From a virus: 64,000 nt of DNA. Location of the stretch: positions 32,001-96,000 of the IMG/VR virus record IMGVR_UViG_3300034103_001027; one strand, written 5' to 3'. Shown piece after piece: positions 49,478-61,115 of the stretch; position 1 is the first letter of the stretch, and each line of letters opens with the position of its first letter. The position numbers and the translations under genes were made by a program. Below the pieces are notes generated by a model, which was not told the DNA's origin, searched no databases, and was given only the letters and a program-made list of their open reading frames with translations.

Positions 49478-50047
49478 ATTGATTCTCCTGCCTCTTAAGA
49501 GACGGCTAGTGTCCTAATTTCCTCGAACTCGCACTCGCTGACCCCATTGATCCTTAACCACTGCACATGCTCGTACTTCTTGTAGAGTTCATCTCGAATC
49601 TCGTCGGCACTTGCGTGGCTACTTAGGATCACTTGGTCGGCGATACGGTAAAACAAGCCGGACGCATTAACCTTGCGCCCTGTGAATTCGCATTGATAAA
49701 TCATGTGTTCTCCTTTTTATAATGCGACATGCCGTACATGGCAAGTCTGGGTCACCAGTCATACTGTGGAAGTTCTTCGTGCAGCGGACCATCCGCATCG
49801 AGGACCAACCATTTGCAATCATTGTCCTTGGCTATACGAAGAAGCCTCGCAACATTCGTGACACCAAAATTCTCAAGAGCACTAATCGTCTCCTCGAAAT
49901 CCGGTGGTGTGTATATTCGCCATCCATATTCATACGGGTAGCATATTATGTACTTATTAACCCTACTGCACTTATCTTGGAGCGCTGCGCTTTCAAGTAC
50001 ATTGATATGTGCAGTGCTGAAGACAATCTCTTTGTTGATTTCGTAGT

Positions 50048-50704
50048 TCATATTCGCTTCCCTTCTTCTGTAAATTCGTATTCGTTGCAAACGATATTCT
50101 CAGCAACATTCTCGTCACCCATCAAGTAGTCGTACTCCCTCTCAAGGCTCTTGTACAACCAGTGCGCAAGGTCTCGGAAGAGATCAAGCAAGTCGTCTTC
50201 GACGGTTGGCTCAGTGATATCCTTGCCGTCCCGCCCTTCTATGTAGTCAACGCTCATTGTGTACGCATGAACACCCCTGCCACCCTGACTCACTCGGGCC
50301 GTCAGTTGATACATGTACGGCTTCTGTATCGACTGCAGTCCTTCGCCTATACGCAGTAACTCCTTGTCATTGCAGTACGCGAGGAGCTTCTTCTTCCAGC
50401 CAGGCGAGTACTCATAATCCCCGGCCCAGGATGCTCCATCACCCTGCGAGCAGAAGCCGCTAAAGTAAATCACTGGCTTGTACACAGGTATCTTAGCGCC
50501 GTCTTTTCCGAGACGGTAAGTGCAGCTTGTTCTTTCGCTCAGGGTGATACCGAGTATCTTCGTGATCGCAATGAAGTCATCGAAGATGCAATCCCACCAC
50601 TCGTCGTATGGGTAATCCCCCCCTCGATACCAGTCGCGAGCATTGGCTTTTGCTGAATCGCTAAGCTCCTCGTAGGTGTAGACCTTCGTCTCAATCGTTC
50701 GCAT
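50048..50704 (-). CDS. Hypothetical phage protein
   Basis: YTYEELSDSAK..AR, IYFSGFCSQGDGAS, YEFTEEG. Confidence 0.65.
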   Translation of the reverse strand: MRTIETKVYTYEELSDSAKANARDWYRGGDYPYDEWWDCIFDDFIAITKILGITLSERTSCTYRLGKDGAKIPVYKPVIYFSGFCSQGDGASWAGDYEYSPGWKKKLLAYCNDKELLRIGEGLQSIQKPYMYQLTARVSQGGRGVHAYTMSVDYIEGRDGKDITEPTVEDDLLDLFRDLAHWLYKSLEREYDYLMGDENVAENIVCNEYEFTEEGKRI

Positions 50705-53700
50705 GGCTCTCCTCCGTTCTCTGTATTGGCTCGACCTTAGTGACACGCAGTCCACCGCAGATTGTCTTGGCAGTCACCTGATGTGAAGGAGCCCTGCCTT
50801 TCGAAAATGGATTGGACTTCCACTGAACCTTGATGCAATCTTCATCGTGCGATATCCGCACAGTCGTCCCAAGGCATGCGCCGGGGTACTCATTGCCACC
50901 GCTGACAATGCCGTTCTCTATGGCGCGAGCAATCCTTAGTAACTGCTCGGCACTCAACTTAATACCGTTCATTACATCCTCCTAATCGAACCAAAAGTAA
51001 AGCCTAATTGCAGACACAATGAACTCATCTGCTTGATTGGCGAACCTACTGAAGTCAGCCAGAGTTTCTTTACTGTACTCCCCGACATACTCCAGTCCCT
51101 CGATAGTCACCCTGTAGTCGTCTCTTAGGTGACTGATGGCGTAGCCATGGGCCGTAAACACTGGGTTGCTCTCCATAAATTTAAGCATCTCCGAGGCAGT
51201 TGGCGCACTGTTCTGGTGATCCTTTCCTTCAATGAACTTCTCATCGAACAACTTCTTCAATGTCTCTAGGGTCATACCCCTGAAACTCTCGCAGTCGCCG
51301 ACCTCATCTCGGCCAAAGATAATCTGATTCCGTCGCTTGTAATCTTTATTTAACATCAGTATTCTCCTTAAATATCTAATCCACCACGCTGAAATAAAAC
51401 CACCTTCTTGGGATGCTCGATCTCGTGCGAGCTTTTCATTCTTCTGCCCCTGCACTTTCAATGAACTTCTCCCTTGTCAACACCTGAATCACTACAGACA
51501 TATCCGAAGCCAGCCCCCTGGGTGATATCGGGCCAGTTGGCACCTCCTTCAGAGTGCAGTTCGGCCCGTATGGTAGGATGGTCAGTTGACCAGCCCAGCT
51601 TGACCCAAAATCATGTGCTTCCAGTAGAACCCAGCCATCAGGCCGGTACTCATTCAGTTGCACCCCAAGACGCCGTGACAACTCTGGCGGCTCAATGTCT
51701 TGCTTGCCGCAGTATGTTGCGATAAACGTCGAACGGTCCACGTATTCCATCATTCTTCTCCTGTTTCTTGTGGTACATTCGCCTTACATGGCAAGTTGTT
51801 GATACAAAAATCATACGCATCAGAAAATCTGTCGTCGCTTCGCACCATGGAATCAATCTTATTGACCCACAGAACAGTGACCGGATGTTCCCTCAGCGCA
51901 TCGCCATAGACACCATGGCCCTTTAGGTCCGATAGCGCCCTGGAGAATCCATTAGCTACCGCCATAAGATTGCAGGCGTCTTGGACCGATAGGGCGTCAT
52001 CGCATAGTTCAGGTATTGGTTTCATTGACATGAGTCCTTTCTAAAGTTGACTTCATTTCGAGGATACAGAACATGTATTCATCATGGGCAACTGGCCGCC
52101 AGTTCTCCACGAGATCCTTCAAGACCATTGGCCCTGTGCAGAATCTCCCTTCATGGAAGTAGATGATTTTCTTTGTTTTCTCGTGGACATACGAAGGACA
52201 GAATCCCCAGTATTTCCAGCACCCAGTAATTGTGTAGCCATACCTCGCCATGTCTGGGATCTTGCGGAACCCGTCAATAGCATCCGCCTTGTAGTACCTG
52301 CGACGGTCAGCCATCACATCCATCCTTTCTCTTTGAGGTGCTGCTTAATATCCCTATAGGTGCAGTTGCTTAGTCCTGGCCAGAAGACGCTAAACATAGT
52401 TCCGTACTCAAGCTCTGCCTTGCACGCACCTCCTCGCCACCACCCGCAGTAGCCGCAACTACTGAACTTAATTCCTGCATACCGTGCGTACTGCACCATA
52501 ATGCAGCCGCACGTATCGCCTGCCAAATTCTCACCGAATCTAACCTGTCGGTCGTCCGGCTGCTGCTGAATAAACTCGATCATGTCTTCCCTGGTTACTA
52601 CTTTCATCACTGCTCTCCCTTCGTCTCTTTAGAGACGGCATTAGCTTTCTCTTGAACGTACGACATGGCGTCACACCGAATCGTCGGAACCCCACGAATG
52701 ATTGCCATTGCTCCTCCACCGAACTCATCAGTTCGCATTTTGCTACATGTGTATGCCCACGAGCAGAAGAATGGGTCATCGATCTCAAGCTCCTCAATTA
52801 ACTGTCGAGCAATCGCGTCGACTGTAATCGGACAGAACGACTCGTCTCCGATGAACAGCACTCCATCACCCTTGATCTCAATCTCCACTCCATACTCAAG
52901 ATAAGACTCGTATTCGTCCTCACTTTCTCCGTATTCTAGACATACAGATTTAGCCGCCTCGATCTTCGCTCTCTCAATGATCTCCTGAACGCGAGGCATC
53001 TTGTCTTTTGGTATCTCCATGAATGAACTGCTTTGTGAATAGTTATTGGCCATTTCATCTCTCCGTTTGTAAGGGTTAATTCCGCCACGAACCATCTCTA
53101 AAAAGACGGTTATATGGCAAGTCACCAGCGTGCCCACTCAGGCAACGCTTCGTAAGTTTCCTGCGCCAACTCTTCATATCGCATCGCCCATGGAATGTCG
53201 CCGCCAGTCCTCTTGGTTCTCGCCTCAAGGGACAGCGAAGCGTATTGGCGTAGTTGTTTAACTGCATCCATGGCTTCCTTTCCTTTGCCAGGGAACATGA
53301 CCCTAGCTTCAGTCATGGGCCGATCCCACATAGACCGATAGAACCCACGCAAGTCCTCCTCGTCCATCCCGTCCAAGTTCGGGCTGCCAACCCAATTCCT
53401 GGACTTCTTCCTCGGTGTCGCCTTAAGTTCCTTAAGGTTCTCCAGTGCCCACTTTCGCATCGCAACAGCTTCGCTTCCTGCGCTATTGTGTCCGCCCCCA
53501 TTATTCCAGGCGTCGTATAGTTCATCAGGAAGTTCCAAGCCGAACCGGCAGTAAACGTCATCCGGCACTGTCTCTGGTAATCCATCTGATCCATACGACC
53601 CAGATAGCGTCGTTTGGTAGTCACCCAGCTTCGCGCTGCCCATCATGAAGTGCCCGAATTGCGACATCTTCACGAAGCGAACTACACCCTTGAGCTTTCT

Positions 53701-54680
53701 GTACTTTTCGCTCTCGCCTTGCATGAGAATCAAGAATTCTCCGTGAGCGAACTGCTCTCCGCTGCTAGTATATCCTCGCTTTGTTGTTGTTACGAACATT
53801 AGTTGCCCCTCCAGTCGAGGTCTTGTGTTATGCAGATAGAACGGCGTCGCGTTAAGGCGAAACCAGCGGTCAGGCAGTCGTTCACATCAGCGGAAGTGTA
53901 CTCGTTCCAGGTGGTAATGTATTCTTCGCACAGTTCCAGGAACTTCTTTTCTGCGGACTCATAGTCGTCGAATAAGTAAGCCTCTTCTAGTAAATTGCGG
54001 TCGATGATAACTACTAGTGTCTTATTCATGATTAACCTTTCTGCCGTCTCGAAAAAGACGGCCCGTGATGATAGTCTATACTTCCCCTACGATCTCAAGA
54101 TCAGGGAAGCTTGGGATCTCTAGGGACCGAATAAATTCCTCAATTGTCGTACTTGGATCGCGTGCTTCAAGTTGATCCAATGGGATCAAGATACGACCTG
54201 ATTGAGTGGCGTTGAACATTGCAATACCATTTGGCGTGTAGTATTCAACGTGCCCATCAAGCTCGTACCTGGTGTCCCGTTGAATCAAGATGGAGGCTCC
54301 AATTTCAATACAATACGCAACAGTGTCGTTGAAATCACTTTGAGTGCATTCGTAGAAGTACCCGAAACCATCATCACCTAAGTCGCCTTCAAGGCACGGC
54401 GACAGCAAGCACTCGATCTTCTCTAATTGCTCCTGCGTTACCTTGCCGCCAATGTAAACCGATCCACTAAACCTGTCAGCCATGTTACACCTCCTCCCTG
54501 TCGTATGTATCACAAACCCCAAAAGCTTCTGCCGCATCGTCTGGATTCTGCTTAAGGTACCTAACCCTCTGCTGTAATGCGTCAATTAGCACGCCAACCG
54601 GAACATCCCTCGGTTCTTCGCAGTCGTGATTGACTGTAAACGCCACGTCAAACATGGTGTTGTATCTCATCGCTCTCTCC

Positions 54681-55649
54681 TTAGTACTTGGATTTCTCTT
54701 GCCAAACAAACTTAACGCCTTCCGGTAGGTCGGCTGTCTGAAACTCTGCCACAATTGGAGCCATTGCATCGAACTGCTCCTTCGTTATCCTCCTATCGGT
54801 GCTAGTCCAATTGACCGTCACCTCATTAGTGTGGTTGTAGTAAATGTAGTTGATGCCGCTTCCGAACTTGTCAAGCATGAACAACTCAATATCACGGTCG
54901 ATACGAAGCTTCTTGGACTTGTTATCAAAGTCGCAGAGAATCTCAAGCCGCTTCTGCGCCTTAAAGCGAGCTTTCTTTTCGGCGTCTCTTGCGGCGATAG
55001 ATTCAGGTGAGTAGTACCCAGTTCTCCTTCTCTCAGCCACCAATTCCCTCATCTCTTTCGAGACGGGCTTGTAGTGCTTTCTTGTGGCTTTAGACTCGAA
55101 CTTCTTGCCGGTCCACGCCTCAAGCTGGGCAATAGCGGCATCTGCCTCTTGCTTCCATCTCTCGACAATACCCGTGTCCTCGAGGAGTATTTGAATCTCC
55201 TCATCGGATCGGCACTCAATGAATGCAGGAAGCTCAGCATCGGTCAGCCTGAGCGACTCCTTGAAGATGCGCAGGCACTCCTCCTTGCTCTTTGCCCAGC
55301 TTCCACTGCCACCGTGATACTCGACCCAGGGGGCACCGAGATACCCGGCCAGCCAGTACCACGCATTGCCTCCATGCATTGGGACGCCTTCCCAATCACA
55401 CAGGTGAAGGTCAACGAACGGCTTGAGTTCTGGCCTGACCGAGAGTATCTCCTCGTGGCAACAGCCGCCACCAGCATCGACCCATCGACCTCGACCGTCC
55501 TTCTCTTTGATGTTTGCTGTTACAGAGAAGTCCTCATGGCCATTCTTACAGTCATCGTCCAGGGTTATTCGAATGTCGAACAACCGGCCACCCTTCCTCG
55601 CCACGATACTGTGCCGCAGGGTGTTAGTCGTTTCAGTTGTTTCAGTCAT
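54681..55649 (-). CDS. Hypothetical phage protein
   Basis: 322 aa; DDCKNGHEDFS, GGCCHEEI, LHLCD..GVPMH. Confidence 0.65.
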   Translation of the reverse strand: MTETTETTNTLRHSIVARKGGRLFDIRITLDDDCKNGHEDFSVTANIKEKDGRGRWVDAGGGCCHEEILSVRPELKPFVDLHLCDWEGVPMHGGNAWYWLAGYLGAPWVEYHGGSGSWAKSKEECLRIFKESLRLTDAELPAFIECRSDEEIQILLEDTGIVERWKQEADAAIAQLEAWTGKKFESKATRKHYKPVSKEMRELVAERRRTGYYSPESIAARDAEKKARFKAQKRLEILCDFDNKSKKLRIDRDIELFMLDKFGSGINYIYYNHTNEVTVNWTSTDRRITKEQFDAMAPIVAEFQTADLPEGVKFVWQEKSKY

Positions 55650-56147
55650 TTCATCTCTCCTTCGTCTCTTTAGAGACGGTTAGTGCGTCGTGACATTGCA
55701 TTCGTACTTGCCTATCAAGTGCGATAATGCTTGGTTGGCATTGGGCCAGCTACACCAGCCCATGCCGTTCTTGTAAACAGAGCCGGACATGAAGATGTGA
55801 TACACATCTGGTCCGACTCGAACTGTATAGATCAAGGTCATGCCATTGCCCCTTTCGTCTCTTTAGAGACGGTTAGTACATTTGGTCAGCCAATTGACAT
55901 CGCAGTTCCTGAGCCAGGTCCAGGCAGTTTGAGCTTCTGTACACGCCGACATTCGCCCAGTACTGATGCAAGTACGCACCGCCACTAAAAGAGTTATCGC
56001 CGGTCTGGTAATCCCAAGAGCCGTCCTTGTCAGCTCCAACGGTTAGCTGTATCCCTGGTTTGTCGTCACCCTCGAAGGCAAGATAGTCATCCTCGATGTA
56101 CTTCTTGATATGGCGACACAGCTCGTAGAGTTCTTTGATTGTTGGTT

Positions 56148-56309
56148 TCATTTGCTTTTCCTTAGTGAGTAGACTGATTCTCCAGGTGGCCAGATGCATG
56201 GCACGAGATACAGCGTGACGCCGCACTTCGGGCACGTAATAGTCTCTGGTTCGGGCCAGCCAGGGACATTGATCATTTCTTTGCAGGCACCGCATGATTG
56301 ACTAGTCAT
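56148..56309 (-). CDS. 53-aa Zn-ribbon protein (not in the ORF track)
   Basis: MTSQSCGACKE...CPKCG; ATGA overlap with the next gene. Confidence 0.55.
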   Translation of the reverse strand: MTSQSCGACKEMINVPGWPEPETITCPKCGVTLYLVPCIWPPGESVYSLRKSK

Positions 56310-57344
56310 GCGACGCCTCTGTCTCTCTTGCGACGGTACGCTTACGCCTTATCCGGGTCACTAGGAACGTACATTCCCAGCTCTCCTCGTCACCGCTAAT
56401 AAGCGCCGCTTCCCACATACAAGGGCGACACCATAGCCTCGTTCGTTCGTCAGCCTCCCTGATAGCGGCCTGGCACATATTCTCAAGCCAACCCTCGCTA
56501 CGGTCGTACAGGTCAGACGGAAGCTTCACTTTGTATTTATCCTTAACAGTGCTCATGCTGTTCTCCATGAAGTTGTTGGCGCTTCTTCGATGGCGTAACG
56601 TGTGCCATCGTCAATCAGAACTAGAGCCTCTCCAGGGAAGAGATCAGGCTTGCCGATGCAGATTGAGCCATCGGCGATCTTGGAATTTACAAGGGACATA
56701 ATGTCCCCGAGGGTCGCGTCGTCCTCGTAGTCGCTGTAGTACACACAGGCTTTCGAGAAGGACACGAAGTGATTAGTGCCGTTGGTCATCAATCATCTCC
56801 TCATTAAGGGTTATATGGCAAGTCCTATCCGGAATAATAGCGACAGAGACTTGAGGTCTGTCGCCATTCATGTTGATACCTACGACCCATCGGTGTGACT
56901 GGCACCCCGAGAGGAGGAGGGTAAGTAGCAGTAATCCTTTACGCATGATAATCCTTTCTATTTGATCCATGAAAACTCATAGGGCCATTGCGACGGACTG
57001 CATGAATCGTGAATGCGTTGGTACGACCGAATAAGATCCCTATGACTCTCTGGCAGGCCATATATGGTAACCAGTCGATCCCAGGTGTGATTCTCGAAAT
57101 CCACGTTGTACTCATCGTCTCCGATGAGGCATCCCGCCGCACACTTGAGGGTCTTACCGTCTCCTTCGAGATGATAGCGACATATAGCACCGGCTACACA
57201 TCGCTCGCCCTGAGCGAGAAGATGCGCCTCGATCTGTGCCTTAACCTCTTCCCGTGTTGCAAGGTGCAATGTCTTTAGCGTGATCATGATTAACCTTTCT
57301 TGTTGATGATTGCCGTCTCTAAAAAGACGGCCTCTTGCTTATAC

Positions 57345-57384
57345 AAAAACTTGCCATACAACGCAAGAGTGTTATATGGCAAGT
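57345..57384 (-). terminator. Terminator-like hairpin built from two inverted ACTTGCCATA motifs
   Basis: ACTTGCCATATAAC-8 nt-GTTGTATGGCAAGT-TTTT. Confidence 0.6.
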
Positions 57385-59604
57385 CGATTCCAAAAATTAC
57401 AGCAGGAACTCAGTCGTAGTCCCGCATACGATCCACTTGCCAACCTTGTAGTCCAGCGTGCCGCATGGATGGCGATGCGGGACAAAGACCACAAGGTCTA
57501 GGTACTGCAAGGCCAGGAACATCGGGCTATCCTTGGGCATGTCGACTGGAATTGATTCATGCGCTGGCCGCCAAGCGCCCTTCCACACTAGGCTTCGGTA
57601 TGTATCAATAATCTCTTGCCTGGACAATCTAGCCCCGGTCTTTTCAAGGACGACTCTAATCGCCTCTCTAACCCATTTAGCGCGAGACCGACCGGCAGCC
57701 GCTCGATCTACTGGCTCTATGACGCAATTTACGTGCAGGTTTCTTTTGCTGGACCCAGCCCAATACCCGCATCCATCCCTGGACGCAGTGAAAAGCTCTC
57801 CATGCAGCCAGAACTTGTCGCCTGGCGCGAGCAATCCAAACCGATAAACTGGCTTTATTTTTTTCGTTCTCATGTTTCCCTTTCACTCGTCTTTTTAGAG
57901 ACGGTTGATTGTTGTTGCGCATTTTCCCTAAAGCAAATCCTGGATCTCGTCAGCTAGGCGATACGTGTACTTCAGTTCCTCGTCAGATGCCCACTGCATG
58001 ATATATGCAGCGGTAACCCCTTTCATACTAATGCCACCACCGTGGGCCATCAAAAACTCGTCCACAATAGCCCTCATGGCTTCATTGAGATGCACCCACT
58101 GTCCGCCCACTGGAAGGTTCAGTGCTTCCGTCTCCTTGGCGCTAAACAGATCGCAGGAGGCGATGTCGCCCCAGCCGTCTGCATTAGACCAAAACAACAT
58201 TACGTTGTTTTCCATGCTTCGAATCACATAGATCATGGTTTCCCCTTCGTCTCTAAAAAGACGGTTAAGTGTTATTACGGATTGTCTCTAGGTTAAGACA
58301 TGGATTTCGAGCGATTGTGGACAGAGCTGCCGTCCGGGTAGATATTGAGCCCAACGTAAAACGCCGGGAGCACTCGCCGATCCTCTCCTGCGGCCTCTGC
58401 GGCCAATCCCCTGGCAATGTCATCCAGGATACTGTACTGGCAGCCATCTTTGCAGATATTGGCGACAGTGACATTCCTTGGGTCAAAGCCTTCAGCCCGC
58501 AGCAGACCAACGACACTTCGCACGGGGGTTCTACTTAGCACCTCAGGCAGGCGGTACACGAAGCTCGTGCTGTTGACTGTAATCTCAACTCTCATTTACT
58601 TCCCCTTCGTCTCTAAAAAGATGACTCTTAGCCCAGACGGACCTTCCGCCCGGCTCTCTTGAACACGCCGCCAACGGGTCGCTGCCGACCCAATTCGGGG
58701 CAGGCCGTAATGACCCAGCGCCCGTTTGGTTGCAACACCACGCGCCCAGGCCCAGCCGGAACCGGCCTTTTCAGGCTAGCATGTTCCATTGCCACTAGGC
58801 CCAACGCCTTCCTGGGTGGCATCCCATAGTGGGCACACATTGCCCGTATGGATACCCAGTGCCCATAGTATGGACAATTCATAGTAACTTTCCTTATACC
58901 AGGAGTCCCAAAACGAAACAAGCCAACAGCCCCGATAAGGCAATTGGCTAGCGTCGTCTCGAAAAAGACGGACCAAGGTCGGCGCGCACCCCGATGATAG
59001 TCCCCTTATGATAGTCCGCATCTTGCCGATTCACCCGTCCCCAAGGCAGCCGCTGACCATCGGGCCAACCGCTGCTGTGTAGGACAGGTGAATCGTTTGA
59101 AACAACCGTCTCAAAAAAGACGGGTCAATCCCCAATCGGAAGTCTGGTAGTGCCGAATTCGGCGAATCCAACAAACGTATAGTTCGCCAAGGCTTTCACG
59201 CTATCGCTCCACTTCCGGCCATCCACGCCCAGGTCGTTCAGAATGTCCAAGAACACTTCGGCAGTCGCGCCGTAGTGACGATGCGTCTCAGCGTATGCCT
59301 CCCAGTAGAGGTTGCCAATCGCATCAAAGCCGACTAGCACTTCAACTGGGCGGATATAATCCGGGTGTTCACACAGATACTTAGCAGCCATTTCGATTCC
59401 CCTTTGTTTCTAACCGTCTCAAAAAAGACGGCTTGCACCAATTACGGATTTTCTCCGTGGTGCTTTTGGTCCAATTGAGACAATGGAAACAAGTGAAACT
59501 TGCTTCCCCTACGCAACAAACGTAGGCTAACGAATCCCGTAGGATACATTAGCCTACGCCGCCCCCCTAGTTTGAGGGGCGGAGAAGGTTATATGGCAAG
59601 TCGA

Positions 59605-60375
59605 TTAGGCGACTTCAGCGGTAGCCGCTGCAAAAGCTTCTCGAGCCATCTGATCTACTTCAGGGGCAAGCATTCCATCCAGCCAAACTGCCTTGTCGGC
59701 AAGGGCTTGGCTTACCACTAGATCGAACACTCTACCGCTAAACTCAGGGCCGCCAGCCTTCAGCCAGTCAGCGATTAGCAGCAGCTTGTCATTGGTATCC
59801 GCTGGCAGGACCGCTGGAATAGGCGACTCAACCGTCTCTTGAGAGACGGTTGGATTGCCAGTCGCACTCTCGGGCTGCGCTTCCTCAGCCTTCTTCTTAG
59901 ACTCAATCGCCCCTACAGCCTTAAGCTGCGCATTCATCTGCTGGTTGAGCAGATTGCCAACGCTCCGCAAGCGGTTCCCGATGCACTTGCAATCCAATTC
60001 CCACTTGCGATACGCTTCGGCGTCTGCTGGAGACGGGCGTACTTGCATGCGCATTTCCCGGACAACTAAGTCCCAATGGGCGTAGCTGGTCCATGCAAAG
60101 CCGCACTTGGCGCTAAACACCCCTTGGCTGACGTCGCGCTTCTTCTTCTTGGCAAGAGACTTCAGCGCTTCAACAATGGTCTCATTGCAAGACCAGAACG
60201 CCTTGATACATTGCAGCTTGTCGGCGCTCGCCGTATCAACGGTCGAGTCCGCAAACACTTCCCGCATGAATGGCTCCATCATCACGACGCGCTCACTGTC
60301 AGTCAGTCCATTCTCAATCTCTTGTGCCAGCATATCCCTAACGGCACTCTCGAACTTGGTCAGATTCTTGCTCAT
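59605..60375 (-). CDS. Hypothetical protein, first gene of the leftward early array
   Basis: 256 aa, AGGAG RBS preceded by the palindrome. Confidence 0.7.
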   Translation of the reverse strand: MSKNLTKFESAVRDMLAQEIENGLTDSERVVMMEPFMREVFADSTVDTASADKLQCIKAFWSCNETIVEALKSLAKKKKRDVSQGVFSAKCGFAWTSYAHWDLVVREMRMQVRPSPADAEAYRKWELDCKCIGNRLRSVGNLLNQQMNAQLKAVGAIESKKKAEEAQPESATGNPTVSQETVESPIPAVLPADTNDKLLLIADWLKAGGPEFSGRVFDLVVSQALADKAVWLDGMLAPEVDQMAREAFAAATAEVA

Positions 60376-60478
60376 TGCATTCTCCTTCGTCTCTTAAGAG
60401 ACGACTAAAAACGGTTCGGCAGTATAGCGAAGGTGCTTGTCTGCTCTCGATTCACTCGACTTTGCAAGAGAATCGAAA

Positions 60479-60511
60479 GCAGCCCTTGCACCAATAAGAT
60501 ACAAGGGCTGC
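60479..60511 (-). terminator. Terminator-like hairpin
   Basis: GCAGCCCTTGTATC/GGTGCAAGGGCTGC with T runs on both strands. Confidence 0.65.
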
Positions 60512-60524
60512 CATTTTTAGTTTC

Positions 60525-61115
60525 TAGTTATGGTGAGAGTCGATGCCCCGCAGCAATCCAGACCCTTTTGGGGTACTGGTTGTAAAGCGCCCATATTGCC
60601 GCTTTACACTTCCCGTAGATAGCCCCTGCGATACTTTCCGCCTATTTAATCGCGCCAAATTGTAGGCTATTGCTCACGCTAAAATCGGTTTCTAGTCTCC
60701 GATAGTGAATACCCGCTTTCCTAGTGTTTTGCCAGAACACCAGGCGTAAGAGACCCCCTTGATAGGTGGTGCATTGAATATCCGGCCTTTTATTGGCGAC
60801 TACACGCCGCCTGACTACACGCAATAAACGCTAGAATCCGCATCATATCGCTATGAATGCGTTAGATTGTCGCGCTATCTACGTCGTAACATTTTATTGT
60901 TACAGCCCCCCGCTTTTCATGGCCTTCCTCAAGTCAGGGTTTCGCAGGGCGGTCAATACTAGCCATCGGTCTTGACAAGGGTAGTATTCCTGGAGCACAC
61001 GGTTGGGTTTCCCCCAACTCAGTGACTGGTCCTAGTTTATCGAAAACTCGACTAGGACCCCGCTGATAATCTGCTATCGCAGCTTTCTGTCGCGATTACC
61101 GATGCGACAACCTAA
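60525..61115 (-). ncRNA. Candidate large structured non-coding RNA (about 600 nt)
   Basis: No credible ORF; more than 10 consecutive hairpins; G-U pairs favour the minus strand; ends at a terminator-like hairpin. Confidence 0.55.

Larger units (their letters stand above)
40211..60375 (-). other. Early/host-takeover-type array of several dozen small co-oriented hypothetical genes
   Basis: Closely packed short minus-strand ORFs with strong GGAG/AGGA RBSs. Confidence 0.75.

Noticed and set aside
60021-60035. CGTCT-N5-AGACG
   Set aside because: Spacer is 5 bp and GC-rich and lies inside a CDS; not counted as a motif copy
60525-60560. tRNA/tmRNA-like 3' end (TCGACTCTCACCA)
   Set aside because: No canonical T-arm or matching 5' acceptor strand found; no tRNA gene recognised anywhere in the window
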